NCBI GenBank assembly: GCA_012295275.1
Contig: CM022667.1
Span: 17,298,001-17,362,000 of the forward strand
Length of the DNA stretch: 64,000 bases
Direction: 5' to 3'
Origin: Chrysomallon squamiferum
Lineage: Eukaryota > Animalia > Mollusca
In this document: one piece after another, positions 1-15,591 of the stretch
Position numbering within the stretch: the stretch's first letter is position 1
How the letters are laid out: each line of letters begins with the position of its first letter
The notes under the pieces: model-generated
Seen by the model: the letters and a program-made list of their open reading frames with translations, nothing else
The model's database searches: none
Told to the model about the DNA's origin: nothing
Made by a program: the position numbers and the translations under genes

Positions 1-126
1 CAGAAAAAATAAATAAGGTGCCATTTTTTCCAAATCTGCACAGTGCCATTTTATTTCTGGATGCCATTTTTTCCGATGCCATTATTTCCTGTGCCATTTT
101 TTGCAGTGCCAATGTTTCCTACAACA
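1..126. mobile_element. Terminal arm of a second copy of the same foldback/MITE family (truncated by window edge)
   Basis: CAGAAAAAATAAATAAGGTGCC and tandem TGCCATTTTTT(T)CC units ending TTTCCTACAAC, a direct match to 2464-2547. Confidence 0.75.
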
Positions 127-1548
127 GTAGAGATAATGTTCAAAATAATCTTCGTTATTTTATTTTAATTTTTTTCACATTTTATAACCACACGTAAATA
201 AAGCAGGCAATTGTGATATAACATTAATACCATGTACAGCATTTTTATTTTTATATCCCTTTTTTATTTCACTTTTTTCTTCGTTTCTTTTTTTTTTTTT
301 TTTTTTGGCTGAGATATAAAAAAAGAATATTAAAAGAAAAATATCACCCTAACAGGTGATCCCCCAGTACTAACAAAAAAGATAGATATTTTCGATGAAA
401 GACCGTGAAAATTATATTGGCGTTCTGACAAATTGTTACATGCAGTTTTAATGTTTACACGACTTCAAAGTTGGGCTGTTTGACGGGTAAATGAGGAGGG
501 TACACCTCTTTCATTGGCGATATTATTTGCTTTTATCTACAGTACCACTCTTCAAATTAGCCATAACCTCTTTATCGTCGCATTTAGTGAGGAAACTGAA
601 CCGATTTGAAGAAAATACAGGGGTTATTAGAGCCATCTTTAAAGCCAGTGCAGCCGCGTTAAAATGAATCGTTCGTATAAACGGGACCACGGGTAAGGAA
701 TATATTTCTTTGAAGTCTCCGCACGCGCAGTGAAATAGTTGCACCTTGCGCGAGGCGTTCAGCCCCTCGCGAGATCTGCACGTGAGGTCAAAGGGTAATA
801 AACATCGTGAAAGCCCAGAAAGGTAGTTGAAATTAAGCAGATGCAACAGGCGAAAATTAGAGCCGTGTTCTGGTAAACAGTTTGAACACCAGGGAAGTGA
901 CGGCAAAAATAAACGTGTGACCATTTTAGTCTTCAGGCCAGACTGACTTTGGGCTGGGGCATTAACGTTTGAATAGTGTTTATAATTATTAAGTAGTCTG
1001 TCAGATTATGTTTATGCCGAAATATATTGCAATATTTAATGTTTTAATAGCTCCACACATTTTTTATTACCTAATTTAAAGTCATAAATAAATAATAAAA
1101 ATAAATAATTGTCATTTTTCTGAAATTAGGCTATTAGTGTGATTTGTCACATTATCGATACAACTTGCGCTGAAACTGGGAAGTCAGACGTCAGTCAGTA
1201 ACTGTGTGATTATATTATTCATTTTCTACTGGAAGGCGCATAGAAAACAACCCTTAAAAAACTGAGAAATGGTTACAGCATTACAGCAGCGGGTTTTCTC
1301 TTTCCGCAGTAAGACTTAATCGCGACTTATATGGAGAATCTGAGCACAACGTCAATAGTCAAAAAATGTCAACCGTTGAGGAAACTTGATGAACGTAGTC
1401 ATAAATAATAAGAACCGTCTTCAAAGAGTTATATTTCTAATCTCTTAAAGACATAACAGTAAATATTCTGCTATTGTGAGGAGTGGATACATAGACTGTA
1501 TTTTACAGGGGCTGTCATTCAGTCACGGAAATAACCTGTATTTCTAAT

Positions 1549-2547
1549 GGGTGTAGGAAATTATGGCACTCGAAGAAAATGGCACCCAGAAGATATGGCA
1601 TGTTTCAAATTTGGAAAAAATGGTACCCTCTTTATTTTTTCTGTGTAGATGCTTAAATAAAAAAAAAAATTAAAATTAAAATTACTTTTGAAAATAGAAT
1701 TTATTCATGCAGTATTACTACATACATGGCACTGTGCAGATTTGGAAAAATTTTTAATTGTTTATTGACATTTAGTTATTGGTAGTAGTTAAAGTCCTGT
1801 TTACAGTGCATGAATAATATCTGAGATAATGATTTAATGTCAGATGTTCATAATTAAATAGTCAAAACAAAATGTAAACCAAAACCAACCCCCATATATA
1901 TATAAATGTGTGTATATATATATATATATACACACACACACATTTATAGAGGCATATGTGTGTGTGTGTGAATGTATATATATATATATATATTTACGTA
2001 CGTGTATGTGTATGTGTGTGTATCTGTATATGTGTATGGGGTTTTATTGTTGTTTTTTCTTTATAAGATATACAAAACAATTAGGCTTCATTTTATAAGT
2101 TTTCCCAAAACAGCATTTTGGTATACTGGTTAATAAAATATGTCTTTAGTTAATTCTAAACTGACATTACCAACTGACGTTTTAATACCTACGTTGAAAA
2201 TATCAAAATTATATCTTGCGACTATGCAAAATGATAATTATATATTTATAAATATAAAACAATACAATATAACAACATTTTTTGAAAATATATATCTTGG
2301 TATGTTTGTGTATTTGTATGTGTATATGTGTAATATTAAACTCTGATATATTACTGTACTTTGTTAAGCTATATATTAATATACACGTATGTAACAATAC
2401 TGCATGAATAAAGTTTATTTTCAAAAATACTTTTAAGTTTTTTTTATTTTTATAGCAACTATACAGAAAAAATAAATAAGGTGCCGTTTTTTCCGGGTGC
2501 CATTTTTTCCGTTGCCATTTTTTCCGGTGCCATTTTTTCCTATAACC
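1549..2547. mobile_element. Non-autonomous foldback/MITE-type element with long imperfect TIRs (possibly Mutator-like)
   Basis: The left arm at ~1549-1724 (GGGTGTAGGAAATTATGGCAC...TTATTCATGCAGTATT) is the imperfect reverse complement of the right arm at ~2387-2547 (AATACTGCATGAATAA...GTGCCATTTTTTCCTATAACC). Subterminal tandem AAAAAATGGCAC motifs and a central (AT)/(GT) microsatellite are present. No clear TSD. Confidence 0.75.
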
Positions 2548-2595
2548 GACTTTTTTAACGTACCCCATTTATTACGATGTCATGTAGTGGCTGCT

Positions 2596-2800
2596 GTGTG
2601 CGTGTGTGTGTGTGTGTGTTTGTGTGTGTGTTTGTGTGTGTGTGCGTGTGTGTATGTGTGTGTATGTGTGTGTGCATGTGTCTGTGTGCATGTGTGTGTG
2701 TCTGTGTCTGTGTCTGTGTGTTTGTGTGTGTGTGCGTGTGTGTGTGTGTGCATGTGTGTGTATGTGTGTGTGCATGTGTGTGTGCATGTGTGTGTGTGCG
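2596..2800. repeat. Imperfect (GT)n microsatellite
   Basis: Direct reading. Confidence 0.97.
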
Positions 2801-4291
2801 TGCTAATAATAAAAAATGTATAATCGTTTTGAAAACTATGACAGTTCAGTTGTCACATTCAGTTATTTGATAATGAACCATGTTTCGAAGGTTCATGTTT
2901 AATGAACCTCTTTTAAAAGAAAATGCAATAATAATAACAAACAAAAAATATTCGCTTTTAAAGTACATTTAACATATGCTATTATTTGTTTTTACTAAAT
3001 ATACTTTAATAGTAATAATCATTTATTCATCGATATTCGACTACGTGTTAAAACTATCAAAATTAATTTCATAATATAGTTCATTATTTCATTTAGACTG
3101 GTCACGTCATTTCATTAATTTTGCATTATAATGACTCTATTTTTCAACACATTCTTGTTATTTGCAATACATTTAAAATACAGGCTCGTGCGAGCATCCA
3201 TCAGACATACCATTGTATGTTTAAACTGTCAACTTTAATCAAAGTCTCCATGATATATTTTCAGAAAACAAAGTAAAAAGAAGGGAATATCGAGAAAATA
3301 AATACAAAAAAAGAAAGATAGGTGGCATGCAAGTAGAAATGCCTTTCCTCTGAAATTTGGAGATAGCCATTCCCACCAACCATTACATTAAATTATTACG
3401 TATCAGGCCATCTTGGTATGTCGAAGCGTTGGTCTATCTCTTGTTTTCTCAAGAGGACTGCCACCCAGATTGAAAAACTACAACACAAGTCTCGTATATG
3501 AAAGAGAAAGAAAAAGAAAATTCCAGTGGAGTGAAAAAAAAATAACGACAACATCATTGCAGTTAGTTATAATATGTTAGCCTATCACTGCCACCACGTT
3601 ATCACAAAACACACGAAATTATCTTCCGTCTTTGCTCGTAAAAGCTATAAAAGTGTCGTTAAAAAATACGAAATATGTGAACCTTAGAAGTAGCTTGCAT
3701 GCGAAAAACTCGATAGCGGCAGTATCTCAGTTACGCTAGAAGAAAGACGGAGGAGAAAATGACAGAGATTTCCATCACACTGTTTTCTTGACAAATTGCT
3801 CACCATGAGGTAAAGAGGCAAATAAGGCGGCGGTGATGCTGGTTATAAATGTCCATATCTCTTTTTTATTTCCTTATCTGTAGGAATTTTCACACAGACA
3901 GATGTGCTTTTTTTTTTTTTTTTTGGGTATTATTATTCAACACATTTTTTTTTTTCCTCTGATGACAACTAAGTCGTAAATAAAGAATATAAACAAGAGA
4001 TACACAAAAGAAAGAATTTAGAAAGAGAAAAATAAAAAGAACATTTCTTTCAAATGCAGATGAATGCAGCAGGTTGGCCTGAATGTTTCTAGAATTATCT
4101 TAAATAGGCCGGTTTCAGACACGTCTGCGGGACCGGTAGATAAAGGCGTCGTGAGATGTTTTCCTGAACCTTATACAATTTATTTAAAATATATTTTCTG
4201 TTACTTAACCGTCAGGTTTTTTATATCTTCACTATTACATTACATTATTTAGTTATTAGTAGTCGTAGCAAATTGTTTTACGCATACGCTT

Positions 4292-4397
<106 letters not shown>

Positions 4398-5536
4398 TTA
4401 CAACAAATAAAAAAAAAGATTTCACAAGCCGAAATCAAATTTGGAAATGCAAGCGGTCTCTTTGCCATTCGTGAAATTAGATGCACATCGATCAATTTTA
4501 ATCATGTTATTAGTTTTTAAAATGTTCACGCATTTCTTGTTAACCAATTATTCAGTACATTTCGCTAAAATATCAGAGACAGACTTTTAACGGCGGTTTC
4601 AGTTTCGAACAAGGGTTAAAAGGACCACCGCTATCAGAAATCTGCGGTAAAAGTATCCTGAACATCAAAAGTAATGGGACTCGTAAATCTGCCCGACACA
4701 TGTGCGCTCAAACGCAGGTGCGTTCAGTTGTCTTACAGCAAGAAATCCAGTTACAAATTTAGATCAAAATTCGAAGAGCAGTTCGATATCAAAAAAATAT
4801 ATTTTATTTTTACTATTAGTAATTTGATTATTGTTGTTGTTGTTGTTGTTAAGTCGAAACTGCAATTAATTTTTTATTTTTTCAGTATATAATATTTATT
4901 ATTGTTGTTGTTATAACATCTACAGTTTCTTAGTATAGATTTCATAACGCATAGCTGTGATTTCTAACGTGACTTTCGATTAAAACACATGTTTACTGTT
5001 ACACGAAAGTTAGTATTCTGACTTGATGACTCATAGAGATACTTTAACACTATCGGCACAGAAATCTGATTTTCTGGCTGCAACCCAGATAAGAAACTTG
5101 CGTTACATAATTAGCAAAGACGTCATGAATTGCAGTCAGTAGATAATCACTTTAACGAGGTGGTGAGTACGAGCTATCATCTAGACAACAAGTACTAAGT
5201 CTAATGCAGAAAGGTTTGGTTTGCTTCGGGAGGGGGGTCTCTGTCGAATAACTGACATTACGTGTAATAAAGAATGAATAAATTAATATTAATTGTCACA
5301 TTTTTTTAAATTTATTTCTAGAGGCAAGGTGTTATTTTTAATTTTTAATTTAATTATATTTTATTATTTTTATTCTGTTCTTTGCTTCACAAAAACAACT
5401 TTTTCATGGATTTTGTTTATTATATTTTTCTTTATGTGAGCTGAGCATAGATTAATTATAAAAATATTTAAAAATTAAAAATAAAAAATACAAAATCTCT
5501 ATCTATAAATCAAAACTGTAAATTCGCAGGTATGTA

Positions 5537-5586
<50 letters not shown>

Positions 5587-5623
5587 GTTTTTGTTGACGA
5601 GGAATCAGTATGACTTGCTGTAA

Positions 5624-5659
<36 letters not shown>

Positions 5660-5694
5660 TAATAATAATATTATTATTAATAATAATAATAATA

Positions 5695-5733
<39 letters not shown>
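5537..5733. repeat. (TAA)n/(TTA)n microsatellite cluster
   Basis: Direct reading. Confidence 0.95.
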
Positions 5734-5736
<3 letters not shown>

Positions 5737-6093
5737 AGCAAGCCATACTGATTCCTCATCAACACAAACTTGTTTTCAGTTTCTGTTTTCGGATAAGTGT
5801 ATTTCTATTTGATTTTGTCTCGCACTATAATAAATTAATGTTTAAAACTGCTTCGCCTCTTACATAGATGCAAGGTTCCCATGTGTCAGGCAAGTGTAGA
5901 TAAAACGTGTGTGGTCTTACAAGACAAACAATAACCGCCATTAAGCCACACTCTTACTTAGGCAAGTGTAATCAGTTTTCTCCCTTGGTACTTTCGATTT
6001 TGTCACTTAATGTCTTCAGATTCCAAGAACTTGAACACTTTCGCCATAAATACAGATAAATATCTTTTTCTGCTTAATTCATTCTTTTTGTTT

Positions 6094-6286
<193 letters not shown>

Positions 6287-6977
6287 GCGACAGATTGTTT
6301 GTGTCTGAGTGTCACTACAAGATGGAGGATAAATAAAATAGAGTAATTGTGCGAATCGGCCCGAAACAGCAGTCATGTTTTCGAATTCACACCATGTCGA
6401 CTTTTATAGTCCACACTGGTTGTTTGGTAACCAGTGCAACGAGAAACACGTGTCGGTTCATTCCTTGCTGAAATAAAAACACGAGAAAAAAGAGACAAAG
6501 AAAAAATAAAATAAATAACAAAGTGGGTTGTGGTGATGTAAAATAAAACCCAGACTATATGTTCTTACCTGTTAATTTCATTTCATTTATTAAATTTTTT
6601 ATTTATTTATTTATTTATTTATATTTTAATTAAATGACAAACCACAACTGGCGGAAAACTCGTCTCTGCACTGACACGTGCATTGACATGGAAAGAAGCG
6701 CGCGTGCGCAAAAGCAGAGGTCGACGCGCCCAAGTTAATGATTCTCTTTGAAGGCAAACGAGGAGATGATGTGTTCGTGACAACCAGTATGATATATTCC
6801 TCACGTACTGGCTCGGTGATTTCCGCCGACCGATCCCTGCCACCTTGTTTGGGAACATTTCAAATGGCTAGAGTTCGACAAGCTGTCAGCAAGCTGAAGA
6901 CAAACTTCGTCAAAACTTTGAGTGAAGTTCTCCAGGCCTTAGAGGCGGCATCTTGGATAAGAACCAACTGTCTGTGC

Positions 6978-7022
<45 letters not shown>

Positions 7023-7050
7023 TTTTTTATTATTATTATTATTATTTTTT

Positions 7051-7092
<42 letters not shown>

Positions 7093-7572
7093 TTTATTAA
7101 TTAATTAATTCATTAATTAATGTATTTTTTATTTATGTTTTAATTATTATTTTTTCCTCTCAAGATATTATAAATGAAGACAAAGCTGTAAGATCTAAAA
7201 TAATGTGTACTGTGTACAAAAATGTTATAATCGCAATAGCAGTAGTATTAAAGCAAAGCTGAATTTTAGAATGAGTGGTGAATCTCAACACAGAAATGAT
7301 ATCAGTGGTATTATACTTGAGCAAGATAGCCTTATTACCAATGAACTGTTTCAGAATTGAATAAATTAAATAATTTTAAGGAAAAGAAAAAAAAAGAAAT
7401 TAACAACGTTGTAGAATTAATAGTAGGGATTGTAATAGATTTCTTTTAATGTTTTGTTATTTTTTCTCTTAATTTATTTTATATAGATAGATACATACAT
7501 ACATACATACATACATGCGTACGTACATACATACATACATACATAGATAGATAGATATTAAGCTGAAATGTT

Positions 7573-7608
<36 letters not shown>

Positions 7609-8562
7609 AATATTTGTAAACACAATCATCTTAATATCAAAACAATTGTTTTCTTAATTTCTACAAGCTGTTCATTCCATCCTTTTGTTTCATTTTCATC
7701 ATAAAAGTTTATAAAATTATTTTTCACTACTGATCCCCAGTTCACTGGTTATTAAATAAATCTCGGTTACACCTCTCACGTTTAAACGGCGTCTATTGAC
7801 GTTATGCACCAACACGTGAAACATGCTTTGCCAATATGGCGAGCATGTCAGTGGGTTTTTCTGTTATTTCACGTGTCGATTCTTTGAAGAAAAAAAACAA
7901 CACTGCACATGTTTCTTCGCTGAATCCAATTTATTGTTCATATATATTATTGCGATACTGCCTCACACAATTATGCCACCGTCGTTAATAGCTTGATGTT
8001 ACCCCGCCATATGCGCGTCCTCATAGGCTTTTCGCTCATGGGTCCTATTATCGCATCCCTCCCTTCCTTCTGGGAGCAGCTCACTGTAACGTAACAATGT
8101 ACAGGTGTAGAAGTTATGATGAGGATGGCTTCTTTTCTTTCTTCCTTTCATTCAAAAAGAAAAAAAAAAAAAAGTAAAGAAAAAACGAAAGAAAAATGGA
8201 TCCTCCAAGAACGTTCCGAATATTCCAATGTGCTTCTTGTTTTCTCTATAACACCATACACACACAGAACGCACTAACTTTATCTTTCCTCAATAAAAAC
8301 CAGTTTATAGAAATATGTTTTTCGTTTGCACGGGCATTCTTCATTTGACCAATGATAACCGCTGTTGTTTTCTTAACAAAAATCAAACCATATCGAATAT
8401 GTGCATGAAGAATTTCTGCTTTTTAAAAAAAATCTTTTTCTGATTTGATGTGGCTGGAGTTTATTCCTGTTAGAAAAATAGAATGTAACATGTTATGGTG
8501 GGATATATAGGACGGGTAATGGTGATAATGAAGTTATCCCCATCCAGTTTATTGCTGATCCC

Positions 8563-8563
8563 T

Positions 8564-8613
<50 letters not shown>

Positions 8614-8770
8614 GTGTGTGTGTCTGTGTGTGTGAGTGTGTGTGTGTGTGTGTGTAAGTGTGTGTGTGTGAGTGTATTGGTGTGTGTTTGTGTGTGTTTG
8701 TGTGTGTGTTTGTGTGTATTTGTTTGTGTGTGTGTGTGTGTTTTGTGTGTTTGTTTGTGTGTGTGTGTGT
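8563..8770. repeat. Imperfect (GT)n microsatellite
   Basis: Direct reading. Confidence 0.97.
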
Positions 8771-10141
8771 AATTCACTCAACTAATAAGTTGTGTTGGGG
8801 TGTCGTTAAAAAAACAAAAACAAACAGTCCCAGTAAAGGACACTTGCCTGCATCGTGATGATGCTGCTTAAACAGCAAGGTAAGCAATAGCGAGTCTGTT
8901 TTATTCCAGAACCTCGTCCTTCATAGTGTTAGTGTTCGTTTTTACAGATCTATTGAAATAGATGTAAATAGCGTTAATCCATTATGGTCCCCCCAAATAG
9001 AACAACTTAACAATGAAAAATATAATATAAAATTGTCATGTTTCTTCGTCCTCTTTGGTTATTGTCCTACAATTTCATTTTAAACTTTTTTCAATTACAA
9101 AGACACGTTTGTACAGCAACAACATCAGAACTCTAATACTAAACACGTTAAAACAGTTTGTCCCAACACCAGAACTCATCCTTGACATCTTTGCATTCAC
9201 ATGGTTTGCTTCCTTGTTGTCAGTTCTTCTGACTGTTCAGAAGCTAAGCTCTGTTTCAGTGTCTCTGCCTCTTCTCTGTGAAGCTCTTTACCGTATCACT
9301 CCACCAACTCTTCAGTATCTGCATAATTCATTTCCCGGTCCGTGGAACTGCCTGTACACACAATTTCTTTAGGCAACTAGATCCGCAAAACCAATATTCG
9401 TTGTAGAATGTTCGTACGTTTTAGTATTTTCAGTTTTACAGAGAAAACCGTCCTTATAGCACACTCTACTGTACTTAAACATTTTGCTAAAACAACTGAA
9501 TATACTAATTATAACCAGCATAAGAAATAAGACAATATTCTTTTTTTTTCGAAACAGAAAATAAAATGTTTATAACTATTAAAACTGAAATAATTTCATA
9601 TTCAACCTCGTTCAGATTTAATTTCTCTGTATAATTTAATATTAATAACAACAGTAATAAAATAACAATCGTTGGAGGTACTTTAATAATAAAACAATTT
9701 CTATCGTTGAAGACAATTAATAATATTGAAATACTAACAATTTAATGATAACAGCAATAATAGCAATAACAGAAGCCACTGTTATGTAGATATTTTTCTG
9801 TTTATGTAGACATTCTGCTGTACGTGTTGCATGTTTCTGCTGTTGTCCTGGAATGCATGTACGTCGATGTTTGGCAACATGTCAGGACATGTACAGTATG
9901 CATTTACGTGAATGTTTAGTGGGGTTTTTTTCAAACGTATGATGTTTGTATAAATAGATGTGTTATAAATACTTAAAATGATGAGTTTTTTATTAGGCTG
10001 AAGTAAGATTAAGAATAATTAAATACAAATTGTTAAATTCCTTATAAATGCTTTAGTTATTTCATTATAAGAAGAAAAAGTTGTTCACCGACTTAATATA
10101 GTTTCTTTTTACTTTTTATTTATTTATTTATTCATTTAGTA

Positions 10142-10197
<56 letters not shown>

Positions 10198-11950
10198 TTA
10201 CTACTTTCTTTTTTTCTTTTCTTTTAATGGTATTCTCTTTCGTTTAATATCTTGCTTCAGGAAAGTCTACGATCTCGGTGAACCGGTGTATTGTGGAATA
10301 ACGGAACACGTGCATCCAGGTTTATCTACCATTAACATGCCATTGTAATAGACGACACGACTCAGACATACTCTTAATATGTTCTGCGTTTAGCTACCGT
10401 CCTTCCCATCAAGCCATTATCTTGGCGTGCGAAACAAAAAACACAAGAAGCAGAACGCCTTTCGGGTAGCCCCGTTAGCCGCTGTTAAACCGCACGAACT
10501 GGCCCGTTTTCTGCCAGATTGCAAGAAGATAGGAAAAGCAATCTCTCGATATTTGATAGGCCATCTTCTCGTGGCTGTAAGAAAAATAATTCGTAATGAA
10601 CACATAAGAACGCGATGTCGTCTGACGCATCATAATCGGCTGATTACGCCGTCTGCTCGCTGTTGATTTCCGGTGCTGCGCGCGATGTTATCTGGCGCTA
10701 GGGCGCTATAGGTTGTACGAACAGTGCGGATCTTAAACGAAGACAAATTGCAGTAAATTGAGAATCCATTTATTCCCAAATGGCTTCCTCTTAAAGTTTG
10801 GCAGCTTGCAAATTGTCTGCCATGTTAGATCGTATGAGAGACAACTCTTCTTATAAGAGAAAAAAAAAATGTGAGAGAGAAAGAGAAGAAGAAGGTTATG
10901 ACATGGTTATTAACGATATCATAAAGCTTTCTGAATCAATTTAAATTCCGAATTACCGTTAATATTCAGTTATTAGATTCAAGTGGGAAATGTGCATTTA
11001 CTTAGCATGACATCACGATTTAATTACAGAATTTTTATTTGAGATTGTTAGTTAGACCATGAAAATGTTTCTAATTATTTTCGGAGCAGTTTGAAAATTA
11101 ACATTTACTTAATAAAAATCACTTCAGTACTTGGTATTTTGACTATTGACATTTTTTAAAACTGTTTTTTTTTTTTTTTTTTTTTTATTACTATTATTTT
11201 AATTATTATTTTGTGTATGTGTGAGTGTGTATCTGTATATGTGAGTGCGTGTGTGTTGTGTTTGTGTTTGAGGGGTCTGTTTGGTGTGAGTGCTTTTATT
11301 ATTTATTTTTAACTTTATGTTGTTGTTTTTTATTATTTATTTATTTATTTTAATTATTATTGTTTAATCTTTTATTTAATGTTTGCTTTTTATTATTATT
11401 ATTATTGTCATTATTATCATCATCATCATCATCATCAATTATTTTTTTATTATTATTATTATTACTATTACTATTATTAAAGCTGAAAATAAAATCAATT
11501 TAAAAAAGAAACCAATGAAGTTGGTTATGAAATGTATTTCTTGTAAAGTTATGTGAAATTTCAACGAGATTGAAATACAAGTCTTCAGTTTCAGTTATTC
11601 TTCAAGATTTTCTGATTATGTTGTCTGCATTGATTGAAATGTCTGCTATTATGGACATCAGTGCATCCATGTTCACTGCATTTTATAGATCCACTTTGCT
11701 GTCTGCATACTTGAAATAACTATGAGTTTCAACATCTCTTAAATGAGTACGTGATACGAAATCATAACTTTTTAAAATATTACTGTTTTATTTGGGTTTT
11801 AGAAATATTGAAAAACATTCCATGAAGCCATTCTGGAGCCTGGCAATCCTCTTATAGGTGTCAAAATGGTTCATAACATTGGACTTCAGTAATCTCTAGT
11901 ATGCTGCTGGTGCTGTTGCTACTACCACTATTACAACAACAACAACAACA

Positions 11951-11996
<46 letters not shown>

Positions 11997-14255
11997 TATA
12001 TTATTACATCCAAATTTAAAACATTATCCGATGCCAAAAAATAAAATAAAAAAAAAAATAATGATAAAGAATAATAATACAAAATAAATAAATAAACTAC
12101 ATACATTAAAATTAACGGTCAACATAGTTATATTCACATACCAGACCACTCTAACCACTGTATTCCTTTGACCGTTGCTCGGTCAATAAACATTTGAATT
12201 TGTTTACACCCGTCGCCCGCTATACGACAAGCAGACATTCAGTGCCCCTGGACACAACGGCTGTAGGAGGCGCGGAGTCGTGTCGAGGTAATCTGCCAAT
12301 TTAAAAAGCAATTTACTAATTTCACAGCCCGCGATAGGCAGACATTCAGCCACGAGCACTTAGACCGGCCGGGCAATGTGCTTTGAGAACCACGAACAAG
12401 ACTTGAGTGCTTATTTCGAGAGGTTCTTCTTTTTTCTTTCGTATTCTTTCTTCTTCTTTCTTTCTTTCTTTCTTTTTTCTTCTTCTTCTTCTTCTTCTTC
12501 TGATTCTTCTTCTTATCATTATCATTATTAATATTTTTATTATTATTATTTTTTTTTTCTTTAATTGTTTAAGACTGTTCCAATGAGTCAATACATTTTT
12601 GTGTGTGTGGAAAAAGAAAGAGACAGAGGAATTTTGATTAAACAAGAGAACGAGAACATGCTTATATTGTGTGCATTAAAGCAGGCTATAGAAAGAAGGT
12701 GCTAAAGCAATTCTGAAAGACAAAGAATTGGGAAAATAGGTGCACAGAATGAAGTGTTAGCAAATTTGTTAACATAAAATGTGGATATCTTGAGTTTGTC
12801 CTTCAAAAAGACCATGGAAGAATAACTGTATTAATCACTAATCTAAACAGTTTCTAAAACAAATATTTGTATTAAGTAAGTGTGAAATATATATTCCTTT
12901 AAAACAAAACAGAAAAACAACAGAACGCTATCGGTTCAGATTACGTTGGGTATACGCATCTGGTTGTATGTTTATCGTTTTTTAACAATTGTGTTTTGTC
13001 CATTTAGATTACTTTCATATACGCATTTGATTGTATGCTTACATATTTGTTAATAATTCTGTCATTTTCAGTTATATGCAGATATGAGTTCGGACATAAG
13101 AATGAAATTTGAAAAAAAAATTATAATGAATAAAAGGAAAAATAGAAAAAAAAAAAATAGAAGAAACCGTTCTTTTTTTTTTTTTTTTTTTTTTTTCTTA
13201 TTAAGTTTTTTTTTTTTTTTTTTGTTTTTTAGAAAAAAATAAAAATTGAAAAAAAAAGGAAAAGAAAAGAAGAAAAAAACGTAATATAGTAAAAAGCTTT
13301 GATCGATGTTGTATTTACATGAGTTAACTGCAGTGCTCGGCATGTCCCAGAATTCCTTATCGAGTCTCGCTATTTTGCAAAACGGTATATCTGCCAAATC
13401 TCGCGAGATCTCGGACAGACGGAGACTAAGTGTCTGCAACGTCGGAAATGAGAATAATATCATATCAAGATGTTGAGTGTTTGATTATACATAGATTTGT
13501 ACCCTTCATATTAGATATCGGTAATCACTGGAAAGATAGAAAACCGAAAAGAAAGAAGAACGTGTGATTACAATTTTCCTTTTACATTCTAATAATCACG
13601 GGAAAGAAAGAAAGAATAAAAAACCAGGAAAGAATATATATATATATAAAAAAACATTTTTTTTTTTTTTTTTTTTTAGCATGACTAAAAAATGTCAGTA
13701 GTCACTGGAAAGATTGAAAACGAAAAAAAAAAAATAATAATAACCAAAAAAAAAAAGAAATGAAAGAGAGAAAAAGAGGAAACACATATGTAATGAAAAT
13801 AAAAATAAATAAAAAAGTAAATAGTAGTAGCAGTAGTAGTAGTAGTAGTAATGAATAAAGATTAATAAATAAAATAATTTTAAACGATAGAAAGAAGACA
13901 TTAAATAAATAATATTTTAAATAAAACAGGGTCATTATAAAGTCCTTATGAAATTTTTGATTTTTGTAATTTTTGTTCAATGCATAAATGATAAGAGAAA
14001 ATAATTTTAGGATTTTATATAAATATATTTTTAATTGTTTAGATTCTTAATTGTCAAAATTACCACCGTCATTATGGTATAACTGAAAATCAGCTACAAA
14101 ATGTATTTCTAGAACTTAAGAATCGTTTCACAATTTCCATCCATCAAAACGATGATCATGTTGAACATTAAGAATTCCAACAATAAATATATTTTAAAAT
14201 CTAAAATTTCTTTTCTCTTCATCTTTTATATAATATATTTATTAATTTTTATTTT

Positions 14256-14298
<43 letters not shown>

Positions 14299-15206
14299 TT
14301 TTATTATATATATTTTTTGGATATAGATACATCCTTTTATAATAAATTTAAATTTCATTTAAATGTGATATTTATATTTTGCTCTGCTCTTTCTTCTGTT
14401 TTATAAAAGGTTTTAAATTTCTATTCTGTTTTAGTGTTTTGTTTTATATAAAAATGATTTGTGTTTCTTGTTTGGGTGATGTTAACCATTCATTTATTCA
14501 TTCATCAATATTATTATTTTTTACTCCATCAAATGATGTGACGTAAATCATTAATGGCGTCGACAGAATTAAAATACCTAAAACAAACAGGTTAATTAGA
14601 AACAGACTTAGTAACAGTAATAATAGTATACTATGAATAATACTACCGACGGTTCTTTCTAAATTATTTATTTATTTATTATTAATATTATTATTAATGT
14701 TGTTGTTGTTGTTGTTGTTGTTATAAACATAACTATACCACACAGTTAACAAAACAATAATTGATACTACGTCACAGGCATAAGCAACAAAGACGTAACA
14801 TCATCGTTCATCAATCACTTGATGCCAAACGATGATGACATCATTAACATGCACGTGCACCATTTATCTACATCCGTTATTGAAAATGCCAGCCTTCAAA
14901 AACCTGCCGAGCCCAGATTGTCAGATACCTTGAGCGATGGCCATTTAATAGCTTTTGTCCCTGTTTCGTCAGCATCACTTTCCATTCGCGTCTGAGCATG
15001 GCCTCTTTGAAGTACGTTTTCCTGCATGTCTCTCCAAACACCAAGGAACGGTTGTCGTTATAGCATTTTCATTTTTCTTCAAGGCACACGAAGACTCGTC
15101 TTCTGGTATAGCTAGAAGTAAAAGGTTATCTTGTTTCGTGATGGTTAAGTGGAACAATGGTACTTGATAGCTTTGTACAGTTTGAGAAGAAAGGGAAGGA
15201 ATAGTA

Positions 15207-15208
<2 letters not shown>

Positions 15209-15302
<94 letters not shown>
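15209..15302. repeat. (GA)n microsatellite
   Basis: Direct reading. Confidence 0.98.
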
Positions 15303-15304
<2 letters not shown>

Positions 15305-15519
15305 ATTCTCTAACAATAATTATAAAAATATTTGTTATTTTAATGTTAAATATTTGTAGATAACTTAGACATGATTAAAATATGAAAAAAAAATACGAAA
15401 ATATATAACCGTCTCATTTTGCGCTGAAAATAGAACGTGACTTGACTTTTGTGGGTCTTTAGAGTAGAGTAAATATTATATATTTTCATTATTAACTTTT
15501 AAAATTATTTATTTATTTT

Positions 15520-15591
<72 letters not shown>

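Noticed and set aside
523-924. 133-aa minus-strand ORF in a GC-richer island
   Set aside because: No recognisable domain or exon signals; consistent with a chance ORF in a non-coding island.
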